A stretch of DNA of 64,000 bases from Patescibacteria group bacterium (lineage in GTDB: Bacteria; Patescibacteriota; JACPGU01). A program made the position numbers and the translations under genes. Of this stretch, positions 8,901 to 19,221 are shown piece after piece; within the stretch, counting starts at the first letter, position 1, and each line of letters starts with the position of its first letter. The DNA lies in NCBI GenBank assembly GCA_041675145.1, contig JBAYUK010000002.1, positions 24,530 through 88,529 on the forward strand, read 5' to 3'. A model generated the notes under the pieces. It saw nothing but the letters and a program-made list of their open reading frames with translations. It made no database searches and was not told where the DNA came from.

Positions 8901-10424
8901 TTAGGTGTTAGTAACCTGTGTAAATTTTTTATTTTTTATATCCCGTGCCTTAGATACTAGTAATAGTATCATCAAGGCGTAAAGAATCCAAAAACCTATC
9001 GTCATCTCAGGAATTGTAAGCGACGCCCATGAAATCTGGGCAAGGGACTGAGACACCCATATCATACCTCGTAGAAGCCATGTTCCTGGAAAAGATAGAA
9101 AAGCAGCCAGTGCTCCACTCACAAAACCCAAACAGGCTACTGTAAAACCAATGAGCATTATGAGTGGTACGAACGGCAAGATAATAACATTCGCCACTGG
9201 AGAAATGAGCGAGATTGAGTGAAAGTACCAAATAAGCAGAGGCAAAACAAACACCTGAGCAGCAAGTGTAGTAGCTAACGGTTCACGAATGAGTTCAGGG
9301 ATACGCACAAGCCAGTGTTCCATCACTGGTGTCATATATACCAAACCCAGAGTTGCAAGAAACGATAACTGAAACCCCACATCATGGTAGAGAATCAGGG
9401 GGTTAAGTAACACCATCACAGTAGCTGCTATCCCAAGAGCAACCGAGATGTTACTCTTTCGACCAATCAGTTTGGCCAGCACAAATAAAAATCCCATGAT
9501 ACCGGCTCGCACAATAGAAGCAGCTGCCCCGGTCATCACCACAAAGGCGAGAATAAACCCGACGGTTATAATAAAGATCTTTTTGCGACCAGACCGTTTA
9601 AAGAGTCGATCAATAGTTGCGGTAATGATTGTGATATTAAACCCAGATAGTGCAATAATATGCGTTACTCCTACTGTCTTAAAGTCGTCGAGTAACTTTT
9701 GAGACAGTGAAGCTTTTGTACCCAGTAAAATACCCATCATCAATCCTGAAACATCATCAGGGAAGTGGTGTAGTACCTGAGTAGCAAAAGCTCGCTTAAT
9801 TGTATACAGAAGAGAGATAGTACTACTTCCTTGCCCGTGGCTACTCACCCTAAAGTCACTGGCTTTTTTCACTATTCCATATGCGCCATAACGCGCTAGA
9901 TATCCGCGATAATCAAAAGATCCAAAGGATGAAGGCTGGGCAAGTAAGGCCGTAAAAGAAACTTCATCTCCGTAACGGATATCGTACGAGTCTTTCGTAT
10001 CAAAAAGAATACTGCCGGTAAGGTGCTCACCTCCGTCTAGGCTGATATCTCCCAAGTAGGCTCTTGTACCTGAACTATCTGTTTCAGGATCAGAGACAAC
10101 CTGAGCGGTAATGGGTAACGGCTTCTTATCTTTCTGCATTACATAGTACCCGATATGCCCAGCGGTAAGATCTGGCCACGCGACTTGAACATAACGGGTA
10201 TACCCAGTTACAAAAAGTACGGGAAGGATAATAACCCAGAATATCTTAGTACCTCTCATCCACCAAAAGGCAGTTACAATAAGCCACAGACATATAAGAA
10301 GTATGAATGTCTCATGCCTACGCACGAGCAACCCCATATCATATTGAAACTGACAACTAGCAGCCAGCACCCCTAAGAGGAAGGTAACAAGAATGGTGAT
10401 AGTTCCGGTAGATTTCCAGTGCAT
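8901..10424 (-). CDS. comEC: ComEC/Rec2-like DNA internalisation channel (no MBL domain)
   Basis: About ten transmembrane helices and a competence-domain motif 'HIIALSGFNITII'. The protein lacks the C-terminal metallo-beta-lactamase domain. Confidence 0.75.
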   Translation of the reverse strand: MHWKSTGTITILVTFLLGVLAASCQFQYDMGLLVRRHETFILLICLWLIVTAFWWMRGTKIFWVIILPVLFVTGYTRYVQVAWPDLTAGHIGYYVMQKDKKPLPITAQVVSDPETDSSGTRAYLGDISLDGGEHLTGSILFDTKDSYDIRYGDEVSFTALLAQPSSFGSFDYRGYLARYGAYGIVKKASDFRVSSHGQGSSTISLLYTIKRAFATQVLHHFPDDVSGLMMGILLGTKASLSQKLLDDFKTVGVTHIIALSGFNITIITATIDRLFKRSGRKKIFIITVGFILAFVVMTGAAASIVRAGIMGFLFVLAKLIGRKSNISVALGIAATVMVLLNPLILYHDVGFQLSFLATLGLVYMTPVMEHWLVRIPELIREPLATTLAAQVFVLPLLIWYFHSISLISPVANVIILPFVPLIMLIGFTVACLGFVSGALAAFLSFPGTWLLRGMIWVSQSLAQISWASLTIPEMTIGFWILYALMILLLVSKARDIKNKKFTQVTNT

Positions 10425-10464
10425 TATTAAAGTATATATCCTACTTACCGTGTGTCATACCGTA

Positions 10465-10497
10465 AATAAAAAAAACAAGCCCCCGTAAAGTACGGGA
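10465..10497 (-). terminator. rho-independent terminator (minus strand)
   Basis: The reverse complement gives hairpin cccgta-ctt-tacggg followed by a T-run, downstream of ORF 10549..11280. Confidence 0.5.
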
Positions 10498-10548
10498 GCT
10501 CAAAGTCGAAGGAACTAAATATGCATGATACTCAGAGGGTTCTTGCCA

Positions 10549-11280
10549 TCATTTCTTTACGGAACTGACATGCTCGCTAAAACCAAGGAACGCATGATCC
10601 CAGTCCATAACGAGATTGAAATCGAAGAGACAGAAGTGAAAGTCTCCGTCCGAGTCAACATCGACAACACTCGTAAACACACGATTGTTTTCAATCTCTG
10701 GCAGGCGACTTAGATGGTCATACGAAGCGCAATACATGCTTTTTGGTAAAAGATCGCGTTTCTGCTCGAGAACTATGGAGGCTCCTTGAACTCCTACATA
10801 TATTGCAGCGTTCTGCTGCTCGAGGTATTCCATACGCTCCTTAGAGGTAGTTTTACCGGAATCAACCTGATGGAAGACTCTAACATGAAGCTTGTCACCG
10901 GGCTTCAATATACACGAGGGTTTCTTGAAGTTTTCATCAGTGATATTTTTATTCACCGAATAAAACTTACTTTGGTTTTTCTTCATGAAGTCTTTGATTC
11001 TTGTTGCGTGAACATAATCGTCTGGAATCGTGATGACGCCCAAGTCTTCAAGGAGTGCAAACTTCTTTCGGTTGGGGGTAGGGCTAGGCTCAGAAGGAAG
11101 AAGAGCTTCAGAAAGCGCTTTCTTCAATGCTCCTCCGTTTTTAAGCCAACCATCGGCTATGTCCTTGGTAATTTCACCCTGGCCATCTCCTGGGCGGGGG
11201 AGCTGCACAATCACTTCCGACACTAACTGCGGCCACCAACCTGGAAAAGCTGTTTCTTCTTTTGAGGGGGTTCTACTCAT
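10549..11280 (-). CDS. hypothetical protein
   Basis: 243-aa ORF with no recognisable motif. It is divergent from hrcA. Confidence 0.45.
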   Translation of the reverse strand: MSRTPSKEETAFPGWWPQLVSEVIVQLPRPGDGQGEITKDIADGWLKNGGALKKALSEALLPSEPSPTPNRKKFALLEDLGVITIPDDYVHATRIKDFMKKNQSKFYSVNKNITDENFKKPSCILKPGDKLHVRVFHQVDSGKTTSKERMEYLEQQNAAIYVGVQGASIVLEQKRDLLPKSMYCASYDHLSRLPEIENNRVFTSVVDVDSDGDFHFCLFDFNLVMDWDHAFLGFSEHVSSVKK

Positions 11281-11409
11281 GGTAGTGGTTCCTCATCTTT
11301 CTACCTTTTTTAAAGGTGCCAAATGGATACTGCCACTTCAGAGAAGGCATGAGCCTTCTAGTTAAATTGTAGCTTAATAGAGCTGTTTTGTCAATATATA
11401 GCAAATCTG

Positions 11410-11437
11410 TTGACAAGATTAAAATAGTACATATAAT
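11410..11437 (+). promoter_or_regulatory. sigma70-like promoter of the hrcA operon
   Basis: TTGACA, a 16-nt spacer, then TATAAT. The inferred transcription start is about 11444. Confidence 0.6.
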
Positions 11438-11444
11438 ATAAGTA

Positions 11445-11471
11445 TTAGCACTCACATATATCGAGTGCCAA
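11445..11471 (+). promoter_or_regulatory. CIRCE operator (HrcA binding site)
   Basis: TTAGCACTC-acatatatc-GAGTGCcAA against the consensus TTAGCACTC-N9-GAGTGCTAA. It sits immediately upstream of hrcA. Confidence 0.85.
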
Positions 11472-11481
11472 CATAACCAAG

Positions 11482-12171
11482 ATGCAACAAAGACGCCTTA
11501 CAATTCTCCAGTCCATTGTAGATGAGCACATCGCCACCGGTGAACCGGTGGGATCCAAAAACCTCTCTGACTTTCTCGGGTTCTCATCTGCTACCATCCG
11601 GTCTGAAATGGCCAAACTTGAGAGTGAAGGATACATCTTCCAGCCCCATACTTCCGCTGGTCGAGTCCCTACCCAAAAAGGGTACCGCGCCTATGTTAAC
11701 CTGGTTATTCCAAGTTCCGAGACGCTCAATACCGAGTACATCCGCCAGTTTGCCGAGAGTCGTGGTATCGAGAAAATCCTTAAAATCATATCCGTTATTT
11801 CAGGAGGCAATACGGCATTTTGCGTAACGCCTGACGCCCTGTTTACGACAGGTCTCGCAGCCACACTGAGCCAGCCAGACTTTACTGAACAAGAAAAGAC
11901 CATACGCTTCGCCCAGCTGATAGACAACTTGTCTGACTTTGTTTCATCAATCGAGTTTGACCAAGGGGCAATGCTTAAGACATACATCGGGACAGAGAAC
12001 CCATACAAGTTTGCTCAAGACTTTGCTGCCATTGTTGCTTACTTCCCGTTTTCAGCTAAACCCTGTGTTTTAGGAGTGCTGGGCCCCATGCGTATCCCGT
12101 ATAAGAAGATTATTCCATATTTAATGAGCTTAGGTGAAGCATTTAAACAACAAAGACTATTAGAACAATAG
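11482..12171 (+). CDS. hrcA: heat-inducible transcription repressor HrcA (compact, 229 aa)
   Basis: N-terminal winged helix 'LTILQSIVDEHIATGEPVGSKNL'. The C-terminal region is HrcA-like. Confidence 0.85.
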   Translation: MQQRRLTILQSIVDEHIATGEPVGSKNLSDFLGFSSATIRSEMAKLESEGYIFQPHTSAGRVPTQKGYRAYVNLVIPSSETLNTEYIRQFAESRGIEKILKIISVISGGNTAFCVTPDALFTTGLAATLSQPDFTEQEKTIRFAQLIDNLSDFVSSIEFDQGAMLKTYIGTENPYKFAQDFAAIVAYFPFSAKPCVLGVLGPMRIPYKKIIPYLMSLGEAFKQQRLLEQ

Positions 12172-12179
12172 GAGGAACT

Positions 12180-12674
12180 ATGCCAAAGAAAAAAGATAGC
12201 GAAACCCAAGAAGCAGTGAAACACGATATTGAGGCGATTTTACATGAGCGAGACGAATTTCTAGATGGATGGAAAAGAGCCTTAGCAGATATTGAGAACC
12301 TGAAAAAGCAACAGGACCGAGATAAGGAATATCTGCTTTCGATGTTAAAGGCCAAGGTAGTGTCTGAAATCCTCCCGATTGCGGACAACCTGGAGAAGGC
12401 TTTTAACCATGTCCCGGACGAACACAAGGAATCGGACTGGGTCAAAGGAGTGCACGGAATCCGTGGCCAGATCGGAAACTTTTTAACTGCTAACGGCGTA
12501 GAAAAGATTGAGACCAAAGGAAATCTTTTTGACCCCAACCTTCACGAAGCAGTGATGCAGGAGTCAGATCCCGACTACGATGAAGGAACAATTCTCGAAG
12601 AGTTTGAACCCGGATACAAGATAGGAGATAAAGTTATTAAATACCCGAAAGTAAAAGTAAGTACGAAATATTAA
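12180..12674 (+). CDS. grpE: nucleotide exchange factor GrpE
   Basis: 'ILPIADNLEKA' motif. The gene sits between hrcA and dnaK. Confidence 0.85.
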   Translation: MPKKKDSETQEAVKHDIEAILHERDEFLDGWKRALADIENLKKQQDRDKEYLLSMLKAKVVSEILPIADNLEKAFNHVPDEHKESDWVKGVHGIRGQIGNFLTANGVEKIETKGNLFDPNLHEAVMQESDPDYDEGTILEEFEPGYKIGDKVIKYPKVKVSTKY

Positions 12675-12699
12675 GTAGATATATAAGAAAGGAGCATAT

Positions 12700-14589
12700 A
12701 TGGCAAAAATAATTGGAATTGACCTAGGAACCACCAACTCAGCCGTATCGGTCATGCGTGGTGGAAAAGCAGAAATTATTACCAACGCAGAAGGTAACCG
12801 TACTACCCCGTCTATGGTAGCTTTAAATAAGGGTGGCGAACGCCTTGTTGGACAAGTAGCTAAGCGCCAGGCAGTAACTAACCCAGACAATACTATCTTT
12901 TCAGTGAAGCGCTTCATTGGTCGCAACTTTGATGATGCCGAAACTCAAAAAGACATCAAGGCCATGCCATATAAGATGGAAAAAGGAAAAGACGGTGGCG
13001 TGGTTGTTGCTATGGGAGATAAAACCTACCGCCCTGAAGAAGTCTCGGCTATGATTCTCTCAAAACTTAAGGCAGATGCAGAAACCTTTTTGGGAGAGAC
13101 GGTAACCGAAGCGGTTATTACCGTACCGGCCTACTTTAACGACGCACAGCGCCAGGCTACTAAAGATGCGGGTAAGATCGCCGGACTTGATGTAAAGCGT
13201 ATCATTAACGAGCCAACTGCAGCAGCACTTGCCTACGGACTAGACAAGAAGACGAATGAACATATTGCAGTCTACGACCTTGGTGGCGGAACATTTGATG
13301 TCTCGATTCTTGAAATCGGAGACGGCGTCTTTGAAGTAAAAGCTACCAACGGAGATACGCACCTCGGAGGAGACGACTTCGACCAGGTTATTATCGACCA
13401 TATTGTTGCTGAATTTAAAAAAGAATCTGGCGTAGATCTTGGCAAAGACCGTATTGCCTTGCAGCGCTTGAAAGAATCTGCAGAAAAAGCAAAACACGAA
13501 CTTTCATCTGCAATTGAAACGGAAATTAACTTGCCGTTTATTACAGCAGACGAATCAGGACCAAAACACATCCAGATGAAGCTTACTCGCTCACAACTTG
13601 AGCAGTTGGTTACGCCGCTAATAGAGCGCTCAATTAAGCCGTGTCAGAAAGCGCTGGATGACGCCAAGATGAAGGTAGGAGATATCGACGAGGTAGTCCT
13701 TGTCGGTGGTATGACTCGTATGCCAGCAGTAGTTGAGGCAGTAAAGAAATTCTTTGGCCGCGACCCACACCAGGGAGTAAACCCAGACGAAGTAGTAGCT
13801 ATTGGTGCTGCTATTCAAGGAGGAGTACTGGGTGGTGATGTCAAAGATGTGCTTTTGCTCGATGTGTCTCCACTCTCTCTTGGTATTGAAACCATGGGAG
13901 GAATTAACACGAAGCTCATTGAACGCAATACCACTATCCCAACCAGCAAGTCACAGATCTTCTCGACAGCATCAGACAACCAGCCGTCAGTTGAGATCAA
14001 CGTCTTGCAAGGTGAGCGAGAAATGGCAGTAGATAACAAGTCGCTCGGACGCTTCGTACTCGATGGTATCCCTAATGCTCCTCGTGGCGTACCACAAGTT
14101 GAAGTTACCTTTGATATCGACGCGAACGGAATTTTAAATGTTAAAGCGGTAGATAAAGGCACCGGTAAAGAACAGAAAATCTCAATTACCGGTTCATCAG
14201 GCCTTTCGAAAGAAGAGGTAGAACGCATGGCGCGTGAAGCGGAACTGCACGCTGATGAAGATAAGAAAAAGCGTGCTACGGTTGAGGCGCGCAACATGGC
14301 GGAAACCTTGATCTACTCAACGGAAAAAACGATTCGTGAAAACGACGGTAAGTTTGATGGTGCTCTTAAAACTGAAGCTGAAGAAAAGATTAAAGCAGTA
14401 CGTGAAGTCCTCACCTCAGAAGATGCTGAAGTAATTAACAAGAGTGCGGAAGAGCTTTCAACCATTGCACAAAAGATTGGTTCTGCTATCTACGCTGCGC
14501 AGCCAAAAGAAGAACCGAAGGCTGATGAGTCATCTGAAAAGAAGGAAGAAGGACCGACTGTTGAAGGAGATTTCACAGAACCGAAATAA
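12700..14589 (+). CDS. dnaK: molecular chaperone DnaK (Hsp70)
   Basis: '[10 protein letters not shown]', 'DLGGGTFD', '[15 protein letters not shown]' and an EEVD-like tail. Confidence 0.97.
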   Translation: MAKIIGIDLGTTNSAVSVMRGGKAEIITNAEGNRTTPSMVALNKGGERLVGQVAKRQAVTNPDNTIFSVKRFIGRNFDDAETQKDIKAMPYKMEKGKDGGVVVAMGDKTYRPEEVSAMILSKLKADAETFLGETVTEAVITVPAYFNDAQRQATKDAGKIAGLDVKRIINEPTAAALAYGLDKKTNEHIAVYDLGGGTFDVSILEIGDGVFEVKATNGDTHLGGDDFDQVIIDHIVAEFKKESGVDLGKDRIALQRLKESAEKAKHELSSAIETEINLPFITADESGPKHIQMKLTRSQLEQLVTPLIERSIKPCQKALDDAKMKVGDIDEVVLVGGMTRMPAVVEAVKKFFGRDPHQGVNPDEVVAIGAAIQGGVLGGDVKDVLLLDVSPLSLGIETMGGINTKLIERNTTIPTSKSQIFSTASDNQPSVEINVLQGEREMAVDNKSLGRFVLDGIPNAPRGVPQVEVTFDIDANGILNVKAVDKGTGKEQKISITGSSGLSKEEVERMAREAELHADEDKKKRATVEARNMAETLIYSTEKTIRENDGKFDGALKTEAEEKIKAVREVLTSEDAEVINKSAEELSTIAQKIGSAIYAAQPKEEPKADESSEKKEEGPTVEGDFTEPK

Positions 14590-14597
14590 CCCAAGTA

Positions 14598-14625
14598 TTG
14601 CACCTTACAACCAGTTTGTTACAAT
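14598..14625 (+). promoter_or_regulatory. putative internal promoter
   Basis: TTGCAC, a 16-nt spacer, then TACAAT, in the dnaK to 14656 intergenic region. Confidence 0.35.
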
Positions 14626-14655
14626 GAAACCAAACTAACACAAAAGGAGGGCATT

Positions 14656-15351
14656 GTGGCACTAGATCGTCGCGTATTACTACTGGTTGGAGTTTTGATT
14701 GTTTTTGCAATCATTCTCTTTATTGCATCAAAATCTCGAACGCCGGTTACTCAAACACCAGCACCGGCACAAAGTCAGACCACCACCCAGCAGACACCGC
14801 AAGTTGCTGCCTTCCCGCTCAGTGCCACCACCATTACTGACCTTGCAACGCAAGCTAAACAAGAATATGCGTTTGCTGTAGGACAGGCTAAGAGCTGGCG
14901 TGATGATGCTACCTTTGTGGCGCAACTCACAGAATACACCGACAGTATCGATCCAGCGAACGGAAAAAATACCTATATCTTCGCTTCTCCGTCACTACCT
15001 ACCTTTTACTGGACAATTGTGATCAACCAGGCACGAGGTGCAGATGGCAAAAATACCTATGAGCGTATGATTCGCTATAAGGAAGATTACGTACTCGACA
15101 CTACCACTATTGATGCACCGCTTCAGTACTGGAAACTCACCTATCTTGATGCACTAGTTGCAGCAGAGAAACTGGGTGCACAAGACATTCGCACAAAGAA
15201 CAAGGTATATACAGTGAATATATTGCTTTCAGCACAGAAAAACCGCTATCTTGCTTGGGATGTTGAGTACAAAGTGGCAGGTAAAACCGTACTGCGCAAA
15301 ACACTTAACGCTGCAACAGGTGAGGAGGTTGCTACGCAACCTACAGAATAA
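14656..15351 (+). CDS. hypothetical membrane-anchored protein inserted in the dnaK operon (GTG start)
   Basis: An AAGGAGGG ribosome-binding site lies 4 nt upstream of GTG. One N-terminal transmembrane helix is followed by a Q/T-rich linker and a ~180-aa extracytoplasmic domain. Confidence 0.6.
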   Translation: MALDRRVLLLVGVLIVFAIILFIASKSRTPVTQTPAPAQSQTTTQQTPQVAAFPLSATTITDLATQAKQEYAFAVGQAKSWRDDATFVAQLTEYTDSIDPANGKNTYIFASPSLPTFYWTIVINQARGADGKNTYERMIRYKEDYVLDTTTIDAPLQYWKLTYLDALVAAEKLGAQDIRTKNKVYTVNILLSAQKNRYLAWDVEYKVAGKTVLRKTLNAATGEEVATQPTE

Positions 15352-15376
15352 TAGAAAATATGAGGACACACATACA

Positions 15377-15398
15377 AGAGTGGGTGACCACTCTTTTA
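15377..15398 (+). terminator. hairpin/attenuator before dnaJ
   Basis: agagtgg-gtga-ccactct followed by tttatg. Confidence 0.4.
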
Positions 15399-15408
15399 TG
15401 TAACTACT

Positions 15409-16473
15409 ATGGCAGGAAAAGACTACTACAATCTGCTCGGAATAACCAAGTCCGCTTCTGAGGATGAAATTAAGCGCGCATATAAAAAGCTCGCGGTTAA
15501 GTACCATCCTGACGTCAACAAGGACCCAGGAGCTGAAGCGAAGTTTAAAGAAATTAACGAAGCCTACCAGGTACTTTCCGACCCAAAAAAGAAAAGTACG
15601 TATGACCAGTTTGGAACCGCCGACTTTAACGGAGGTGGGGCTGGATTTGGTGGAGGTGGCTTTGACTTCTCTGGTTTTTCTGGAGGAGGCGAATCATTTG
15701 GAGGCTTTGAAGATATCTTCGACGCATTCTTTGGCGGTCAGCAAAAGAGATCGCGCGGAGAACTGGGACGAGATATTGAAATTATTGTTCCTCTTTCTTT
15801 TGAAGAGTCTGTTTTTGGTAGTGAGAAATCTCTCTCCTATTCAGTTTTAGATACCTGCCAAGTGTGTCACGGTGCAGGAGGAGAAGATCTTGTCACCTGT
15901 ACTACTTGTCGCGGTTCAGGGCAAGTAACGAAGATGGCGCGAACCATTCTAGGATCGTTCCAGCAAGCGTCGGTATGTACTACCTGTCACGGAACAGGTC
16001 ATACGCCACAAAAGATGTGTCGTACCTGTCATGGACAAGGGGCAACTCGTCAGGCTAAAGAAATTACCGTTACTATCCCGTCTGGCGTAGACGATGGAGC
16101 GGCATTGCGCGTCGCAGGTCGCGGTGAAATGGGACCTGGCGGGCACGGCGATTTATACCTGAGACTCAAAGTAGAGAAACACCGTCAGTTCCAACGAGAA
16201 GGTGACGATATTATTAGCTCACAGACTATTCCCATATCTCTAGCAGTACTGGGTGGTACCATTGGTGTAGAAACTGTACATGGTTCAGTTGAGCTGAAGA
16301 TACCTGCCGGTACGCTTTCTCATACCCGCTTTATCTTAAAAAATAAAGGTGTCCCTCGTGACAACAGGAGTCATAAAGGAGACCATATCGTAACGGTGAT
16401 TATTCAGATTCCCAAACACGTTTCAGGAGCAGATAAAGAAGCCTTTGAAGCACTGCGTAAGTCTGGCAACTAG
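15409..16473 (+). CDS. dnaJ: molecular chaperone DnaJ
   Basis: J-domain with 'HPD', a G/F-rich region, and four CxxCxGxG zinc-finger repeats. Confidence 0.95.
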   Translation: MAGKDYYNLLGITKSASEDEIKRAYKKLAVKYHPDVNKDPGAEAKFKEINEAYQVLSDPKKKSTYDQFGTADFNGGGAGFGGGGFDFSGFSGGGESFGGFEDIFDAFFGGQQKRSRGELGRDIEIIVPLSFEESVFGSEKSLSYSVLDTCQVCHGAGGEDLVTCTTCRGSGQVTKMARTILGSFQQASVCTTCHGTGHTPQKMCRTCHGQGATRQAKEITVTIPSGVDDGAALRVAGRGEMGPGGHGDLYLRLKVEKHRQFQREGDDIISSQTIPISLAVLGGTIGVETVHGSVELKIPAGTLSHTRFILKNKGVPRDNRSHKGDHIVTVIIQIPKHVSGADKEAFEALRKSGN

Positions 16474-16490
16474 TGCTGTTTGCTTGACAG

Positions 16491-17066
16491 ATGCTTGCTT
16501 TCCGCTCTATGATAGGAACATACATTATTAAACACACACCAATGCTCACTCCCTCATGGGACTTGTTTATTAGCATCTTTTTCATTGTTGCTGTTGTCTT
16601 CGGTATCGCGCTTGGTCGCGAACGAGCAGTAGCAGGAATTGTTTCGTCGTTTATCGGGCTCGTTGTAGCCAATGTCGGTGGTAATTACCTCATGAACTAT
16701 ATGAGTGGTAACCAGACCACACACATCGGCAACACACTTGAGATAGCAACTAACACCCAGCCATTTTTTGTAAAAACTGCGCTCTTTGCAGTCATCGCTC
16801 TTCTTTTAACTGTTAAAGGCGACTTCTTCAAGAACGCTTCAACCGCGCACGATGGGTTTGGATCTATTATTTTAGGAGCACTCTACAGCTTCTTAAATGC
16901 TGGTTTCATAATTAACGCGATTGTTACCTTCATGCAGGATGCAGGTCGCACTGAACTCTTAGAACAGTCACACCTGATTAGCCAGGTAATTCAGTACCAG
17001 GTCTGGTGGTTTGTTCTTCCAGCTATCCTGATGATATTCCTTGGATTCCGTAAGAAGCCAGAATAA
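16491..17066 (+). CDS. CvpA-like small membrane protein
   Basis: Four hydrophobic helices. The start is uncertain, and an internal Met at about 16542 is possible. Confidence 0.45.
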   Translation: MLAFRSMIGTYIIKHTPMLTPSWDLFISIFFIVAVVFGIALGRERAVAGIVSSFIGLVVANVGGNYLMNYMSGNQTTHIGNTLEIATNTQPFFVKTALFAVIALLLTVKGDFFKNASTAHDGFGSIILGALYSFLNAGFIINAIVTFMQDAGRTELLEQSHLISQVIQYQVWWFVLPAILMIFLGFRKKPE

Positions 17067-17108
17067 CACATACAACCTATACGAGGGGAAGTATACGAAC
17101 TTAAAAAG

Positions 17109-17130
17109 TCCAGAGTAATCTGGATTTTTT
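17109..17130. terminator. bidirectional terminator
   Basis: tccaga-gtaa-tctgga followed by tttttt, between convergent genes. Confidence 0.6.
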
Positions 17131-17167
17131 AGTGCCACAGTTCTTATTCTCTTCTTGTGCTACCCTC

Positions 17168-18457
17168 TTATAAATAGTAGGGCACCTTGTGTCCATTCGG
17201 ATGCTCAATTTCGTAGAGACGATCCTTTTTAATCCACGCAAAACGGTAGAAGAGCGTGACGCAGACTACAATGCCAGCACAAAGGGCAACAAACCAGTAG
17301 ACTGCCTGCATAGAGAAGTGGTCAGCAAGAGAGCCTAATGCAATTGGGGCAACAAAAAGACCAATACGGCGAACTAAAGTATGGAGAGCCGTTACCGTAC
17401 CAAAGTGTCCTTTGGGAGTAAGCTTGGTAATAATTCCCAAGATACTTGGAGCAGCAACTACTAGTCCTGTAATAGCAAAGAGGGCAGATAGAAATATAGC
17501 GTACTGTTGACTGGCAAAAACCAAGGTCAGACACGATATAAATGTAAGGGCAAATCCAGCCACTATCACAAGTAACCTTACTCCACGGTTAGAAAGCTCT
17601 GCAAAAATAAAGCTAAAGAGCGTTGAGACATGCATCAGCGCCATCAGCAAGCCTATTTGCAGGAGTGATGCGTTTTCCTTCAAGACTACAACAGGAATAA
17701 AGACCGTAATAGCTACCTGAATGAATTTTTCAAGAAACGCGATTCCCATCATCAGCCACATCTCACCATTAAATACTTTCAGATCAGATAAGAAACGTGA
17801 GGTAATGCGCCGTTCCCTGATCCACTGGGAAACGCCCTGGCTAAAACTTTCTGCATGTCGGTTATCAGGGAGTTTAGTATTGAAGATTAAGATCGAGAAA
17901 ATCGGGAAGAACATGAGTGGCAGGAATATAAAGTGGAGAGGATAGCGCTCAACCACAAAGAAAGCAGCAATAAGTAACCCCACCATCCAGGCAATATTGA
18001 CTAAGCTGCCATAGAATCCAAAGAGTTCAGTAGTCTTGTGTTTTTTTGAATAGGCTCCTAGTACCGTTTCTGTCCCAGTCCAGTTAAAAGGGAACGCTAT
18101 TCCATTCAAGACAAGTGCGAAGATTAATATGGGCAACAACTGATACTGCCCTGCTATAAAGTACAAAATTGCAACTATCACTGAGAGAACTTTTCCAATA
18201 GTAAGCATTGTTCGGTACTGCACGAAGTCCATCAGGTAGCCGACTGGGATGGTAAGTAAGGCACTGACAAAAGTAAAAACCGAAACAAGGAGTCCGAGCT
18301 GACTGTAGTTGGTAGTAAAGCTGTTAAGAAAAACAGAAAAGTAGGGGTCAAAGAACCCCGATCCAAATGAGTAGATTGCAATCGAGAGAATCACCCACAG
18401 AGAATGCTTATTAAAGGCTTGGTAGTCTTTTTGTATTTTAGTAAAAAACGGTAACAT
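17168..18457 (-). CDS. MFS transporter
   Basis: 429 aa with about 12 transmembrane helices and a typical MFS loop between TM2 and TM3. Confidence 0.75.
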   Translation of the reverse strand: MLPFFTKIQKDYQAFNKHSLWVILSIAIYSFGSGFFDPYFSVFLNSFTTNYSQLGLLVSVFTFVSALLTIPVGYLMDFVQYRTMLTIGKVLSVIVAILYFIAGQYQLLPILIFALVLNGIAFPFNWTGTETVLGAYSKKHKTTELFGFYGSLVNIAWMVGLLIAAFFVVERYPLHFIFLPLMFFPIFSILIFNTKLPDNRHAESFSQGVSQWIRERRITSRFLSDLKVFNGEMWLMMGIAFLEKFIQVAITVFIPVVVLKENASLLQIGLLMALMHVSTLFSFIFAELSNRGVRLLVIVAGFALTFISCLTLVFASQQYAIFLSALFAITGLVVAAPSILGIITKLTPKGHFGTVTALHTLVRRIGLFVAPIALGSLADHFSMQAVYWFVALCAGIVVCVTLFYRFAWIKKDRLYEIEHPNGHKVPYYL

Positions 18458-18521
18458 GTTTGTTTTTATTCAGATCAAGATTTAGGTATCATACCCAAAC
18501 CACAACCATAAGACAACATCA

Positions 18522-18548
18522 TAAAAGAGGCCGTAAGGCCTCTTTTAT
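18522..18548 (-). terminator. rho-independent terminator
   Basis: agaggcc-gtaa-ggcctct with flanking A and T runs, downstream of the DUF1059 gene. Confidence 0.6.
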
Positions 18549-18564
18549 GTACAGTGTCTCTAAA

Positions 18565-18834
18565 TTACTCAGCCGCTGGAGCTTCTGCTTCAGTAGCTTC
18601 TACCTCAGGAGCAACTTCTGCTTCAGAAGTAGCGTCATCAGCAGTCTCTGCCCAAACCTTTTCAAACATTGTATTCCATTCAGCCATGCTTTCGTCAGTC
18701 GATGCTGCCATCATATCTGCGTGAGCAACCTTTGCGTGCTCAGAGAACATGCTCTTCATTTCCTCAGCTGTTTCTGCTGTGAATTTTGCATCACAACCAA
18801 CTCCACCTACCAATGCACATGCGATAGTCTTCAT
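18565..18834 (-). CDS. DUF1059-like small metal-binding protein with acidic tail
   Basis: 'MKTIACALVGGVGCDAKFTAETAEEM...HAKVAH' follows the DUF1059 pattern. Confidence 0.55.
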   Translation of the reverse strand: MKTIACALVGGVGCDAKFTAETAEEMKSMFSEHAKVAHADMMAASTDESMAEWNTMFEKVWAETADDATSEAEVAPEVEATEAEAPAAE

Positions 18835-18915
18835 ATTCTTCTCTCCTGCTTAACTGTATATTACTGGTTAAGTATACACGAAAGTGAGATTATTACCTAA
18901 TCGTGCTTATTATGC

Positions 18916-19221
18916 TCACTTTATAAGCACTTCTATTGAAAGAGTAATGATATCATTCTCTGATATGTTCTCAGCTTTTCGTACCTGTGCTTTTATAGGT
19001 AACAGGTAAGACCCAGTCTTCTTATCTGGGAAGATTGAAGTGTCCCATGAAGTACTACCAACAGTCACCGTTATGGGAAGTGAGCCCCATCCTTTGGCGT
19101 GCATACCATATATGTCACGGATTTTATCTGCCTCTTTTTTAGGCAGAGTTACGAAGTACCAGGCAGCAGGACCCGGGTAGAGCCACACCTGAGCAGTTAC
19201 CATATAGTTATCTTGTTTCAT
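18916..19221 (-). CDS. DUF1905-domain protein
   Basis: The 'WYFVTLPKKEADKI' motif is typical of DUF1905. Confidence 0.5.
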   Translation of the reverse strand: MKQDNYMVTAQVWLYPGPAAWYFVTLPKKEADKIRDIYGMHAKGWGSLPITVTVGSTSWDTSIFPDKKTGSYLLPIKAQVRKAENISENDIITLSIEVLIK

